Numbered from the stretch's first letter, positions 17,273 through 27,557 are shown. The stretch: 64,000 nt of DNA from an uncultured bacterium (GCA_965371445.1 CBDUYN010000022.1:19482-83481), one strand, 5' to 3'. Notes: a model not told the origin generated them from the sequence alone. Numbers and translations are program-made.

Positions 17273-18006
17273 ATCTCGTCGACGAATCCGGCGCCGAGCA
17301 CTGCCGTCGGGAGTGCGAAGAAGGCGATGCCCAGGATGGCGACGAGACCGCCGAGGACCTTACCGACAGGGGTCACTGGGTAGACGTCGCCGTAGCCGAC
17401 CGTGGTCAGGGTGGCGACCGCCCACCACATCGTGGACGGAATGTCGGGATAGGCTGCCGGCTGGGCCTCGTGCTCCGCGTAGAACATCAGCGAGCTCGAC
17501 AGGACCAGGAGGCCGACCATCAGGGCGGTCATGACGATCAGCTCCTCGCGCTTGTCGCGGGCGACGGCGCCGAGGACCTGGAAGGCGTGGACGTAACGTG
17601 CTAGCTTCGCCAGGCGCACGAGTCGCACGAGCCGGAAGATCCGCGCCACCCTGAGATCCAGGCCCAGGAGAGGTAGATACGCAGGCAGGATTGCCGCCAG
17701 GTCGATGATGGCCATGGGAGTCGCCGCCCACCTGACACGGCCGCGGAGTGCTCCCTGGAAGCGGCGGTCGACAGTGCAGCTCGCCAGTCTGGCCGCGTAC
17801 TCGATCGTGAACGCGGCGACGGACAGGCGCTCGAAGGCGTCGAGGAAGGCGCCGGCGGCCTCGTGGACCGCTTCGACTGTCCCGACGATTACGGCGATGA
17901 CGTTCGCGGCGATGAGCGCGGACATCGCCGCGTCGAACAGGCGGCTCAGGCCGTCGTCGTCTCGGGCGGCCGGCTCGAGGATTTTCCAGAGGCGCTCTCG
18001 GACCAT
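17092..18006 (-). CDS. Voltage-gated K+ channel (6-TM Kv-like). Its 3' end overlaps the DUF2071 gene by 180 nt on the opposite strand, so the true stop may lie earlier or one gene carries a frameshift.
   Basis: S4 voltage sensor RIFRLVRLVRLAKLARY, pore helix and selectivity filter TLTTVGYGD. The C-terminal ~60 aa of the ORF (GPVIASSGHHARTSMRST...) looks like read-through antisense. Confidence 0.75.
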   Translation of the reverse strand: MVRERLWKILEPAARDDDGLSRLFDAAMSALIAANVIAVIVGTVEAVHEAAGAFLDAFERLSVAAFTIEYAARLASCTVDRRFQGALRGRVRWAATPMAIIDLAAILPAYLPLLGLDLRVARIFRLVRLVRLAKLARYVHAFQVLGAVARDKREELIVMTALMVGLLVLSSSLMFYAEHEAQPAAYPDIPSTMWWAVATLTTVGYGDVYPVTPVGKVLGGLVAILGIAFFALPTAVLGAGFVDEIQRRRRIGGPVIASSGHHARTSMRSTKWRCSAGPTSLKPWASATVLTSISAVARCRGHCT

Positions 18007-18293
18007 GTGACCGGCACTCTAGCACGGCCGACTGAACCCCGGATGCCTCCAGGGCCTCCATCACCGGATAGGCGGCGTGTCGACCGCAGCCGGTTGACGC
18101 GGGCTCCCCGCCCGTGGCATGCTAGCAGCATGATCGCTCAAGCAAAGACCCACGCCCTCGCGACGTTACGCAGGCTCTCGCCTCGGGGATGCAGCATGAC
18201 CGCTCAGGCACGGGCCGGAGGGTTGACCCCGCCGCTGGCGGCGGTTACTCCATGCCTGATCAGACTGCGCCACCAACCGATGGAGTTGCAATG

Positions 18294-18545
18294 ACCAGGG
18301 AATCTCTCTACGCGAACCCGTCGTTTCTGTCTGGCGTAGCCAGGATCTTCGATTTCTGGGGCCTCTTCGATTCCTACAACACCAGCGCCGATGACGAGAC
18401 GGCCGACAGTATAGCTATCGGCTCCGACTGGCGAGCAGTAGGAGAAGATTTGCGCGCAGCGACTCAGGAATTCGAGGACTCACATCGCGGCGCCCAGCAG
18501 CTGGACCTCTTCGCTATGGCCGCCGATGAAGGACGCAACGGATAG
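18294..18545 (+). CDS. Small acidic hypothetical protein (83 aa), translationally overlapping the DUF2335 gene
   Basis: MTRESLYANPSFLSGVARIFDFWGLFDSYNTSADDETADSIAIGSDWRAVGEDLRAATQEFEDSH... Local GC ~56%, lower than surroundings. Its stop overlaps the next gene's start by 20 nt. Confidence 0.4.
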   Translation, partial: TRESLYANPSFLSGVARIFDFWGLFDSYNTSADDETADSIAIGSDWRAVGEDLRAATQEFEDSHRGAQQLDLFAMAADEGRNG

Positions 18546-19044
18546 TCAGGAGCTTGAGCGCCGGCCGGAGCCGCAAGCGCCAGAAGCGGTCGAGTCGGGC
18601 CCCGGCTCGGCCGTGGTCTCCTTTGCGGCCGAACAGAGAGTTACCTTCGCAGGGCCGTTGCCACCCCCGCTCGTACTGGGGCAATACGAGGAGATTTGCC
18701 CTGGGGCGGCCGACCGTATCATATCAATGGCGGAGCACCAGTCAGCTCATCGCCAAAAGCTGGAAAGCGCAGTGGTAGCTTCCAACTGCGAAGGTCAGCG
18801 CCGCGGGCCACTTTTCGGCTTTGCCTTAGCATCAATGGTCATCCTCATCGGAGGACTACTCCTCTGGAACGGCAGGGACGTGGCTGGATTGACAGCACTC
18901 ATTACGGCACTTGCCTCGATCGTCGTTCCGTTCGTGTTGTCCAAGCATCGGCAACGAGCAGAGCTGGAAAAACGCCGATTCCGGGATCCGGACCACCCCC
19001 GGCCGGAAGTAGGGCCAGCTGCGGAAGCGACGCCCAGCCCTTGA
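18526..19044 (+). CDS. DUF2335 family membrane protein
   Basis: Region GAADRIISMAEHQSAHRQKLESAVVASNCEGQRRGPLFGFALASMVILIGGLLLW matches the DUF2335 signature (conserved MAE.EQ.HR segment followed by two TM helices). Confidence 0.6.
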   Translation: MKDATDSQELERRPEPQAPEAVESGPGSAVVSFAAEQRVTFAGPLPPPLVLGQYEEICPGAADRIISMAEHQSAHRQKLESAVVASNCEGQRRGPLFGFALASMVILIGGLLLWNGRDVAGLTALITALASIVVPFVLSKHRQRAELEKRRFRDPDHPRPEVGPAAEATPSP

Positions 19045-19057
19045 CCCGCAATGCATG

Positions 19058-19116
19058 CCCCCTCTCTGAGGTCCCCCTCTCTGAGGTCCCCCTCTCTGAG
19101 GTCCCCTCTCTGAGGT
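19058..19116. repeat. Tandem repeat: 15-nt unit CCCCCTCTCTGAGGT x3 plus a 14-nt copy
   Basis: Direct reading: ccccctctctgaggt ccccctctctgaggt ccccctctctgaggt cccctctctgaggt, in the 300-bp gap between convergent genes. Confidence 0.9.
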
Positions 19117-19342
19117 CCCACCCACTTTGGCAGAGCTCGTCGCGGTGCTGCGCTCGGCTGCGCTTCATGGCCGAGGACGCCGGCCTCGCCGCCGCGGTCA
19201 CCCGCGCCCGGGAGCTGGAGGAAGTCGACGGGGCCTTCGTAGGGTGTCCGCTTCTGCGCCTCGACGCCCTGGATCCCGTAACGGGAGACGTCGCGGCGCC
19301 GCGGGGCTTGTGCCGACACCCGTGCGACTCCCCCCACGAGCC

Positions 19343-19900
19343 TCAGGCGCCGAAGTAGCCCTCGTCATAGGGCGTGCGTACGCTCTCCGAGCAGCCCTGG
19401 ACGACGTCCACGGTCAGGTAGCCGGTCACCACCGGCTCGTCGACCGCCGCCGCGTAGCAGAACCCGTCCATCGGCGCTCCGGTGAGCTTCTGGCGCAGCG
19501 TCGCCGGATCGAAGCCCGGCAGAGCGAGCGGCGAGCGACACCCCGGAGGCGGGTCGTCCTCCGGACCCGATGCCGGCGGCAGGCCCTCGAAGAGGATGCT
19601 GCGCAGGTCGATCGAGCGTAGCTCGTAGGCGCCCAGGTAGAGGTCGAAGTCAAGCACCGGGACCGCGCAGTTCGACCACAGGACCACGTGGGTCAGATGG
19701 GGACGTGGCGAGAAGTCGTGGATCGAGATCAGCGTCGTCCGGCCGTCGCTGCCTTCGGCGTCGACTTCGAAGTAGGGGAAAAGGAGCGTCGCTCCGGGGC
19801 CGGAGCCGCCGCAGGCCCCGGACACGGGGGCCGCCAGGGCGAGAGCGCTCAGCGTGCCGGCGAACGCCCAGAGGGTGGCCTGTCGTCTCCAAGTTTTCAT
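19343..19900 (-). CDS. Secreted hypothetical protein (signal peptide; Cys-containing)
   Basis: Start at [32 protein letters not shown] (signal peptide). 185 aa. No recognised catalytic motif. Confidence 0.55.
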   Translation of the reverse strand: MKTWRRQATLWAFAGTLSALALAAPVSGACGGSGPGATLLFPYFEVDAEGSDGRTTLISIHDFSPRPHLTHVVLWSNCAVPVLDFDLYLGAYELRSIDLRSILFEGLPPASGPEDDPPPGCRSPLALPGFDPATLRQKLTGAPMDGFCYAAAVDEPVVTGYLTVDVVQGCSESVRTPYDEGYFGA

Positions 19901-19951
19901 GAGGATTCCTCCGTTGTGAAAGGACGTGAGGGTTCTTCGTCTTCCGTGTCT

Positions 19952-20138
19952 TGTCACGTTCGAAGCGGCGCACCCTCTCCTTGCTTTCCATCAACTCCGG
20001 AGGCAGGACCTTGAGCGCCACGGGACGGCGCAAATCCTCGTCCTGGGCTTCGTAGACCTCGCCCATGCCGCCCGCGCCGAGCAGCTTGCGCACCCGGTAA
20101 CGGCTGATCGAGCAACCTTGGGTAAGTGTTGAAGACAT
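19952..20138 (-). pseudogene. N-terminal ~62-aa fragment of a Ser/Thr protein kinase (Gly-rich loop plus VALK lysine), then frame decays
   Basis: [62 protein letters not shown], then Arg/Pro-rich nonsense overlapping the start of the next gene. Confidence 0.55.
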
Positions 20139-20322
20139 GCGAAGGTCCTGGTGTTCTAGCGAGGCTCCCCTGTGTCGGGGACCAGCCCGATGTCGCTGGA
20201 TGACAGCATGCTACCAGCCTCGAGCTCGTGCAGGCCTGATAGCCAAAACACTTTTCGGCGTCAAACGTGTATTCAGAGAAGAAGGACCGATTCTTGGAAT
20301 TGACACGACGAGGTAGACGACG

Positions 20323-20816
20323 ATGGAAGCTCTCTGGCAGGACCTCCGGTTGGGCCTTCGGGTGCTGGCCCAAAAGCCCGTGTTCACGGCCGTGGCCGTT
20401 CTGACCCTGGCGCTCGGTATCGGCGCCAATGCGGCGATCTTCTCGGTCGTCAACGCCGTCTTGCTAAAGCCCCTCCCCTTCGAGAATCCCGACGAGCTGG
20501 TCCTGGTCTGGGAGACCCACCACGGAAAGGGGCTTCCCCTGATGTACGCGTCGCCTCCCAACTACGCCGATTGGCGCTCGCGCAACCAGGTCTTCGACGA
20601 CGTCGCGGTCTTCCGTCCCCGGAAGTACTGTCCTGGCGCTTTTTCTGACGCGCTATCTGGAGACGCTGCTTCGGCGTCACGGCCACGGATCCGGCGACGC
20701 TCGCCGTGATCTGCGCCGTGCTGCTGCTGACGGCGGCGCTGGCGTGCTTCGTCCCGGCGTGGCGCGCCAGGGGCGTAGATCCTCTGGAAGCGTTGCGTCA
20801 CGAGTAGGGGCGTTCA
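20323..20816 (+). pseudogene. ADOP-family (Acidobacterial duplicated orphan permease, FtsX/MacB-like) gene with a large internal deletion: the N-terminal ~95 aa joined to the C-terminal ~45 aa
   Basis: N-terminus [64 protein letters not shown] is the canonical ADOP start. The 3' end, in another frame, reads [45 protein letters not shown], the canonical ADOP C-terminus. The ~700 aa normally between them are absent. Confidence 0.6.
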
Positions 20817-21038
20817 CCTGCCGCGCTCAGGCCGCCGGGGGAGCTGAAACGGGAGAGCTTCGGCGGACGGGCATTCGAGCCCGTTTCGGCTATACTCCGC
20901 GCCTATGTCCGTCAGCGACCGCTCAGGCCGTCGGCAAAACGAAGCTGGTCAGGGTGGATCGATCGGGTCAACGACGGATGGTCGTGGGGAACGGGCGCCG
21001 ACGTCGCCGGGCCCCTGAGGCGAGCAAAGGAGGCGAAT

Positions 21039-22634
21039 GTGAGAAGTCGAAGCGAAGCGAGGTTTCAGAATCCGTTGGACGTAGTTTCGGCGGCGGTTCT
21101 GCTGCTCGTCCTGACATCTTGCGGCGGTGGGGAGCCGGCCGCCGAGGCGCCGGCCGCACCCGGTGCCGCCCAGGCGGCGGAAATCGATATCGCAGGCCTC
21201 AACGGGCCGCGCGGAATCCGGGTCAACCAACCGGAGGCGCAATCCGGCTACACGTTGTTCGCACCGATCCTCTCGGATACTACCTATCTGATCGACAACG
21301 CGGGGCAGGTCGTGCATGCCTGGAAAGCGGTTTTCGCGCCAGGGGGTGGCATCTACCTGCTTGAGAACGGCAACCTCTTGCGCCCGGCGCGCGAGCCCGA
21401 AGTCAAGAGGTTCTCCGGCGGTGGCCAGGGCGGCAGGATCCAGGAGCTCACCTGGGACGGCGAGGTGGTGTGGGACTTCCTGTTTGCCAGCGACGAGCAC
21501 CTGCAGCATCACGACGTCGAGGTTCTGCCGAACGGCAATGTCCTGGCCATCGCCTGGGAGCACAAGAGCGCCGACGAAGTCCGCCGGGCCGGCCGATTTC
21601 CGACCAAAGTGCCGGCGGCCGGCCTGTGGCCGGACCTGGTGGTCGAGATCGAGCCCCAGCGGCCGAACGGCGGACGGATCGTCTGGGAGTGGCACGCCTG
21701 GGACCACCTCGTGCAGAACCACAACAAGAGGTTGCCCAGCTACGCCGAGCCCTCGGAGAGGCCGGGCCGAATCGACATCAACGCGGGCCTCCCTCCGGAG
21801 ACGAGCCCGGAAGAGCTCGAGAAGTTGAAGGCCCTCGGGTACGTCTCTTCCGACACGACGCAAGAGGACCTCCGATCCGACCTCTTTCACACCAACTCGG
21901 TCGATTACAACGCCGAGCTCGACCAGATCGTCCTCAGCGTACCGCGTTACAACGAGATCTGGATCATCGATCACAGCACCACCACCGAGGAAGCCGCGGG
22001 CAGCAGCGGGGGCCGCTGGGGACGGGGAGGCGATCTGTTGTATCGCTGGGGGAATCCGGCCGCCTACGGCCGCGGCGACGAGAGCTCCCAACGTTTGTTC
22101 TCCCAACACGACGTGCGCTGGATTCCCGACGGGCGTCCGGGAGCCGGCAACTTGACGGTGTTCAGCAACCGCATGGGCGATGACTCGGGGCGGTTCTCGG
22201 CGGTCTACGAGATCGTGCCGCCGGTGGCAACCGACGGGCGCTACCTCGTCCCTCAGGAAGGCCCTTTCGGCCCGGCGGAACCGGTCTGGTCGTACCGGGG
22301 AACCGGTGAGAGATTCTTCTACGCCCCGTTCGTTTCAGGCGCCGAGCGCCAGCCCAACGGCAACACGCTCATCTGCTCCGGGGCCCAGGGTCGCTTCTTC
22401 GAAGTCACACCCGACGGTGAGATCGTCTGGGAGTTCTGGGACCCGAGGCAGGGCCAGGTCCGCCTGCCGGACGGCTCGCCGCCCCAACCGGTGAACGAGT
22501 TCACCCACGCCGTGTTTCGCGTCACCAGAATCTTGCCGAACCACCCGGCTCTACGCGGCCGCGAGCTGCAGCCACTCGACCCGCAGCCACCCATCGAGGT
22601 TGCGTACGAGGGCGCCGACGGATCTTCGGGGTAG
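21039..22634 (+). CDS. Arylsulfotransferase (ASST) family beta-propeller lipoprotein
   Basis: Signal and lipobox LLLVLTSCGGG. ASST-like motifs (LLENGNLL, VLPNGNVLAIAWEHK, NSVDYNAELDQIVLSVPRYNEIWIIDHSTT, QPNGNTLICSGAQGRFFEVTPDGEIVWEF). Confidence 0.75.
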   Translation: MRSRSEARFQNPLDVVSAAVLLLVLTSCGGGEPAAEAPAAPGAAQAAEIDIAGLNGPRGIRVNQPEAQSGYTLFAPILSDTTYLIDNAGQVVHAWKAVFAPGGGIYLLENGNLLRPAREPEVKRFSGGGQGGRIQELTWDGEVVWDFLFASDEHLQHHDVEVLPNGNVLAIAWEHKSADEVRRAGRFPTKVPAAGLWPDLVVEIEPQRPNGGRIVWEWHAWDHLVQNHNKRLPSYAEPSERPGRIDINAGLPPETSPEELEKLKALGYVSSDTTQEDLRSDLFHTNSVDYNAELDQIVLSVPRYNEIWIIDHSTTTEEAAGSSGGRWGRGGDLLYRWGNPAAYGRGDESSQRLFSQHDVRWIPDGRPGAGNLTVFSNRMGDDSGRFSAVYEIVPPVATDGRYLVPQEGPFGPAEPVWSYRGTGERFFYAPFVSGAERQPNGNTLICSGAQGRFFEVTPDGEIVWEFWDPRQGQVRLPDGSPPQPVNEFTHAVFRVTRILPNHPALRGRELQPLDPQPPIEVAYEGADGSSG

Positions 22635-22923
22635 TCGCGGAAGGCGACAGGAGAGAGACCAAGCATCGCCATACCGTCGGCTGGCTGAGTGCTTCTACGG
22701 CCTCGGCCAGGAAGATCTGCGTCCAGCCCTGTGCTATCTCGTCATTTTAGCCTGCCAACGGCCCATTGAACGCCGCCAGAAGGGACATCATGACCAAACC
22801 TCGCTCAATCTCGTCGCTTGGTCGGTCGCCACGCTCGTGGAGCCCGCTTCCGCAGCACGCAGAGCGGTTCTCCGTACGCCAAACCGGTCGTAAACCGCTG
22901 AAAACAAAGGACTTCTAAACGGG

Positions 22924-22985
22924 TGGCACCTCAGGAGGGGCACCTCGGACTTGTGAAACACTTGGCACCTCAAGAGGGGCACCTC
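22924..22985. promoter_or_regulatory. Direct repeat of a 23-bp element (TGGCACCTCAGGAGGGGCACCTC / TGGCACCTCAAGAGGGGCACCTC, one mismatch) upstream of the BNR-propeller gene; candidate operator
   Basis: GGCACCTC occurs four times within 62 bp (at 22925, 22939, 22964 and 22978). Confidence 0.4.
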
Positions 22986-23055
22986 AAGAGGGCCTCGCGG
23001 TTGCGAAGCTCGCTCCTGTTTGCATTCCCATACGATTTTGTGTATGATAGCATCG

Positions 23056-25325
23056 TGCGACGAATCGTCCTCGACATCAACGTCTTGACCGCGACGCTGG
23101 CTTGCCTTGCCGTCTGGCTTGCCACCGCCGCGACTGCCAGCGTCCACGAGTGGAAGCCCTTCGCCCCCACCGTCGCCCACGTCCACGACCTGGCGATCGA
23201 TCCACAAGGTCCCTGGAAGGTCTACGCCACGACCCCGGACGGGTTGCTCCTGACCAACGACGGCGGGGCGACCTGGAGCCGCACCGAAGAGGCCGGCATC
23301 CCCTTTAGAGAGAACGATCGCTTCGTCGTGGCGATCGATCCTCAGGACCCCTTGACCGTCTACGCCGTCACCTCCTGCGAGCTCTCGAAGAGCGTCGATG
23401 GCGGCCACTCCTGGAGCCGCATCCCGTTGGCCGACTTCGAGACCTGCGCCATCACCGATCTCACGATCGACCCCCAGCGCCCCACCACCCTCTATGCCAC
23501 GAACGATTACGGCGGCACAGGGCGACACGCCGAAGGCACGATCCAGAAGAGCGAGGACGCAGGCACCGTCTGGACGGACATCAGCGACGGGATCTGGGCC
23601 GCGGCCTTCTACGCTGTCGTGGTCGATCCGAGCCAGTCCTCCACCCTCTACGCCGGCACCTCGGCCGGCGTGTGGAAGAGCGTCGACGGCGGCGCGTCCT
23701 GGAGCGAAGCCCGGACAGGCTTACCCCGCCGGGGGAGCGTGTTCGCCCTGGCGATCGATTCCCGCCGTCCGTCGACTCTCTACGCGGGGAGCGACGACGG
23801 CGTCTACAAGAGCAGCGACGGCGGGCTTTCCTGGGAGAGCTCCCCCCAGGCCGAATTGGGCGCGCCGGTCGACCTCCTGCGGATCGCCCCCGACGATCCC
23901 GACGTCGTTTATGCCGGCACCCGCACCCGGGGAATCCACAAGAGCCGCGACGGCGGGCACACTTGGACAGCGATCACGCGCCGCGCGGGCCGCCGCCGGG
24001 TGAAGGCCCTGGCGCTTCATCCCCGCGATCCCGCGATCGTCTATGCCGGCAACCACGGGGCCGGGATGCTCAAGAGCCTCGACGGCGGCGACAGCTGGCG
24101 AGTCGTCGAGACCGGGACCAGGCGCCGTGCCACACTTCTCGCCCTGGCGATCGGGCAGCGTTTCGCCACCACCTTCTACGCCGGGACCCGCAACGCCGGA
24201 GTCTTCAAGAGTGACGACGAGGGACGCACCTGGTACCCCGCAAGCCTCGGCCTTGAAGCCGACGAGGTCACCGTGCTGACGATCGACCTCGGCCGGCCCG
24301 CGATCGTCTACGCCGGCACTTACGGTGACGGTGTGTGGCACTCTCAAAACGGCGGCCGCTCCTGGAGCCCCTCTTCCCGGGGTCTGCGAAGGGCCGAGAT
24401 CGTCGCTCTGGTGATCGATCCCGACGTGCCCGACTCCGTCTACGCAGCGACCGACCGGGGCCTCTACATAAGCGCCAACGGTGGGAGATCCTGGTCGCGA
24501 AAAGCATTCCCCGAAGAGTGGGTGTGGGCGTTCGCGATCTCTCCGCACAGATCGTCGATCCTCTATGCCAGCACCTACGAGGACCTCTACAGGAGCACGG
24601 ATCGGGGCCGCACCTGGCAGAGGATCGGGCACGACAGCCTGCCCGACAGTGGCATCCACGCTGTGGCGCCCGATCCGCGTCGGCCCGGTGTCGTCTACGC
24701 CGGCACCCTTGAGGGTGTCTACAAGAGCGTCGACGAGGGCCGCACCTGGATTCACGCCTGCGAGGCGTGCCGTGCCATCTACCAGGTAATCGTCGATCCC
24801 CGGTCTCCGTCGCGCGTCTACGCCCGGGGCTACGACACGATCTTCGAGAGCCTCGATGGTGGCGGATCCTGGAGCGGCTTCGAGGGCCGGCCGGGAAACT
24901 CTGCGCGAACCCTGGTGCTTCATCCCTGGAGTCCGTCCACCATCTACCAGGGGGGGGACCAGCTGAGCCGTCCCCGTTGCGGCGAGACGGCCCTCTGCTT
25001 CCACCAGGAGCGTTTCACGGTCGAGGTGGTGTGGCGCGACGGCCGCGGCGGCACGGGCCTGGGCCGGCCGGCGCCAGCCTGGTCGCACGACTCGGGCGTC
25101 CTTTGGTTTTTCGACGAGGAAAACTGGGAGATGCTCGTCAAGGTGCTCGACGGCTGCGGCATCAACGACCGTTTCTGGGTCTTCGCCGCGGCGAGCACCG
25201 ACGTCGAGTACGGTCTGCGCGTCACCGACACGCTGAGCGGCTACGTGAAAAGCTATTTCAATCCCCTGGGCCGCGCTGCCGCCGCCCTGACCGACACTGC
25301 CGCTTTCGCCACCTGCTCACGATAA
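23056..25325 (+). CDS. Secreted BNR/Asp-box repeat beta-propeller protein (at least 13 S/DxDxGxTW repeats) carrying the same ~110-aa C-terminal domain as the sugar dehydrogenase
   Basis: Repeats DGGATWSR, DGGHSWSR, DAGTVWTD, DGGASWSE, DGGLSWES, DGGHTWTA, DGGDSWRV, DEGRTWYP, NGGRSWSP, NGGRSWSR, DRGRTWQR, DEGRTWIH, DGGGSWSG. C-terminus ...CFHQERFTVEVVWRDGRGGTGLGRPAPAWSHDSGVLWFFDEENWEMLVKVLDGCGINDRFWVFAAASTDVEYGLRVTDTLSGYVKSYFNPLGRAAAALTDTAAFATCSR. The start is uncertain: GTG at 23056 (VRRIVLDINVLTATLACLAVWLATAATA signal peptide) is preferred over the track ATG at 22923. Confidence 0.7.
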
Positions 25326-25577
25326 GCCGGACGTGGCCGGGTGCCGAGGTGGGGGGCACCCCGCCCGGCCCGGTCCACCTGTATCGCCGCCGTATCGGCT
25401 GCCCCAACCCCCCCGGTCGGTCCACCCCTAAGGCGGAATCGGCGCCGCCGAGAGGGCGATTCACGTTTTGCGAGTTTCTACCGACCAGTCGGTAAAGTTT
25501 GCAGGCCGGAAGGGCCTGGAAGCGTTGCGAAAGCGTCCTGCAGCAGCCGTGGGGGAACGGGAAGGTCCATGCGCTGG

Positions 25578-26234
25578 TTAGACGGATTCGCCCCCGTCAA
25601 TGTGTCCTTTCTCAATCGTGAAACGCATGATCGGTCGCGTGTTTGAACGCCGTAGTACTTCCCGAAATCCCGCCTTCCTGAATGCCGATGGGGTTCCGGT
25701 CCAGACGAACGGATCCGGAGTGTGCTCCATGGTCGGCTCGGTGGGATAACCCTCGACAATCGTTGCGCCGCGCTTGGCGGCAAACTCAACGGCCGCCTTC
25801 AGCATGGAGATAGAGATCCCTTTCCGCCGGTACGGCTTCAGGACGAACAAGCACGAAATCGACCAGACCGGCACGTCATCAATGGGTTGGAGCACCCTGG
25901 AACGCTCCAAGAAGGTATACGTTTCGCGTGGCGCCACCGCGCACCAAGCGATCGGCTGCTTTCCCAGGTAGCCCAACACTCCCGGTCTCTCTCCCGCCGT
26001 CACGATCTTCTTGAAAGCGCGCTTGTTCCGAGCACCTTTGCCGGCAACCCAGTCCTTGTTTCGCAACCGCCATGCCATGCACCAGCACCCTCCGCAGGCG
26101 CCGCGTTCTCCGAAAAGCGTTTCTATGTTCGACCACCGCAAAGCCGTGGCCGGGTGAAACTTCAAGCTGGATAAGATCGTGGATCTCTTGACCATGTTGC
26201 TCATACGAGTGTGGTTATCCGCACTAACCGTCAT
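25578..26234 (-). CDS. GNAT-family N-acetyltransferase in a lower-GC pocket
   Basis: GNAT-like core (...ISISMLKAAVEFAAKRGATIVEGYPTEP...) and an unusual CGGCWC motif (ERGACGGCWCMAWR). Local GC about 55%. Confidence 0.6.
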   Translation of the reverse strand: MTVSADNHTRMSNMVKRSTILSSLKFHPATALRWSNIETLFGERGACGGCWCMAWRLRNKDWVAGKGARNKRAFKKIVTAGERPGVLGYLGKQPIAWCAVAPRETYTFLERSRVLQPIDDVPVWSISCLFVLKPYRRKGISISMLKAAVEFAAKRGATIVEGYPTEPTMEHTPDPFVWTGTPSAFRKAGFREVLRRSNTRPIMRFTIEKGHIDGGESV

Positions 26235-26325
26235 GCATCAGGGGCTCGGGAACCACCGTCTTCTGGTGTCGGAAGGTCTCGGTGCTGTGCTCATGGCTAT
26301 GTGGATAGTAGTGAGCCACTTGCCG

Positions 26326-27492
26326 TCAGTCGTCGTCGAGGGGCTCGACGTCCTCCTGCAGGCGTTGGAGAGCGACGGCGCGGATCTTGGGCGATAGCGG
26401 ATACGAGTCGCTCCCGGCATGGACGACGACGATCTCGTCGAGCTTCAGGCTCTCGTACGCCGTATGCATCGAGCGCGTGGTGCCAGGGCTCGTTGTCAGC
26501 TTGACCTCGAACCCTCGGCTGTCGCCACCCCGCCGGATCAGGAGGTCGAGCTCGGCCCCGGTGTGAACGCCCCAGAAGAAGCACTCTTCGGGCCGCGCCC
26601 CGAGGTGGTCGACGACGGCCTGGATCACGAACCCCTCCCACGAGGCCCCCCGCTTGGGATGACTGAGGAGGTCGTCTCGGGAGCGTATGCCGAGAAGCGC
26701 ATGGAGCAGACCGCTGTCGGTGAGGTAGATCTTGGGCGACTTCACCTGCCGCTTGGCGAGGTTCTCGAACCAGGGATTCAGCCGCCGCGCCATGAAGGTC
26801 GAGCACAGCGTGTCGAGGTAGCCCTTCACGGTCTTCTGGGTGACGCCGAAGGCACGGCCGAGCTCGGAGGCGTTCCAGTGGTCTCCGTGGTAGGAGGCCA
26901 TCATCGACCAGAACCGGCGCAGGGTGGCCGCCGGCAGCCGGATGCCGAGATCCGAGAGGTCGCGCTCCAGGTAGGTGCGGATGAACTGCTCCCGCCAGCG
27001 CCTCGACGCACCCTCCGACGCGGCGAGGTAGGATCGGGGGAAACCGCCACGGAGCCACAGTCGCTTCAGCGCATCCTGACCGAGCTCGCCCAGCGAGAGC
27101 CCACCGAGCTCGTGATAGGCGATCCGCCCGGCCAACGACTCGGAGCTTTGCCGCAGAAGCTCCGGGGAGGCGCTGCCCAGGACCAGGAAACGGGCGGGGA
27201 CGTCGTCGCGGTCGACCAGGACCCGCAACGTCGGAAAAAGCTCCGGCCGCAACTGGACCTCGTCGAGGATGACGAGACCCTTCAACCCCTCGAGGGCGAA
27301 GAGCGGGTCCTGCAGGCGTCCCAGATCCCGTGAGCTCTCCAGGTCGAAGTAGGTCACCGGCCCCTCGACGGACGCTGCGAGCTGGCGTGCCAGCGTCGTC
27401 TTGCCCACCTGCCGGGCCCCGATCAGGCCGACGACGGGGAACTCCGCGAGCAGCGCCTGGAGGTGTCTGAGGTGGGTGTCGCGCTCGATCAC
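26326..27492 (-). CDS. AAA+ ATPase of the DUF4143 (archaeal-ATPase-like) family
   Basis: Walker A GARQVGKTT, Walker B LVILDEVQ and the C-terminal DUF4143-like region (KIYLTDSGLLHALLGI). 388 aa. Confidence 0.75.
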   Translation of the reverse strand: MIERDTHLRHLQALLAEFPVVGLIGARQVGKTTLARQLAASVEGPVTYFDLESSRDLGRLQDPLFALEGLKGLVILDEVQLRPELFPTLRVLVDRDDVPARFLVLGSASPELLRQSSESLAGRIAYHELGGLSLGELGQDALKRLWLRGGFPRSYLAASEGASRRWREQFIRTYLERDLSDLGIRLPAATLRRFWSMMASYHGDHWNASELGRAFGVTQKTVKGYLDTLCSTFMARRLNPWFENLAKRQVKSPKIYLTDSGLLHALLGIRSRDDLLSHPKRGASWEGFVIQAVVDHLGARPEECFFWGVHTGAELDLLIRRGGDSRGFEVKLTTSPGTTRSMHTAYESLKLDEIVVVHAGSDSYPLSPKIRAVALQRLQEDVEPLDDD

Positions 27493-27557
27493 GGGAGGAT
27501 TTTACCATGAAAATTGGGAGACGAGATCCTGATTTTCATGGAAAAATCTCCCTCCGG

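Noticed and set aside
22924-22970. TGGCAC boxes as sigma-54 promoters
   Set aside because: No TTGC(A/T) element at the required 5-nt downstream spacing.
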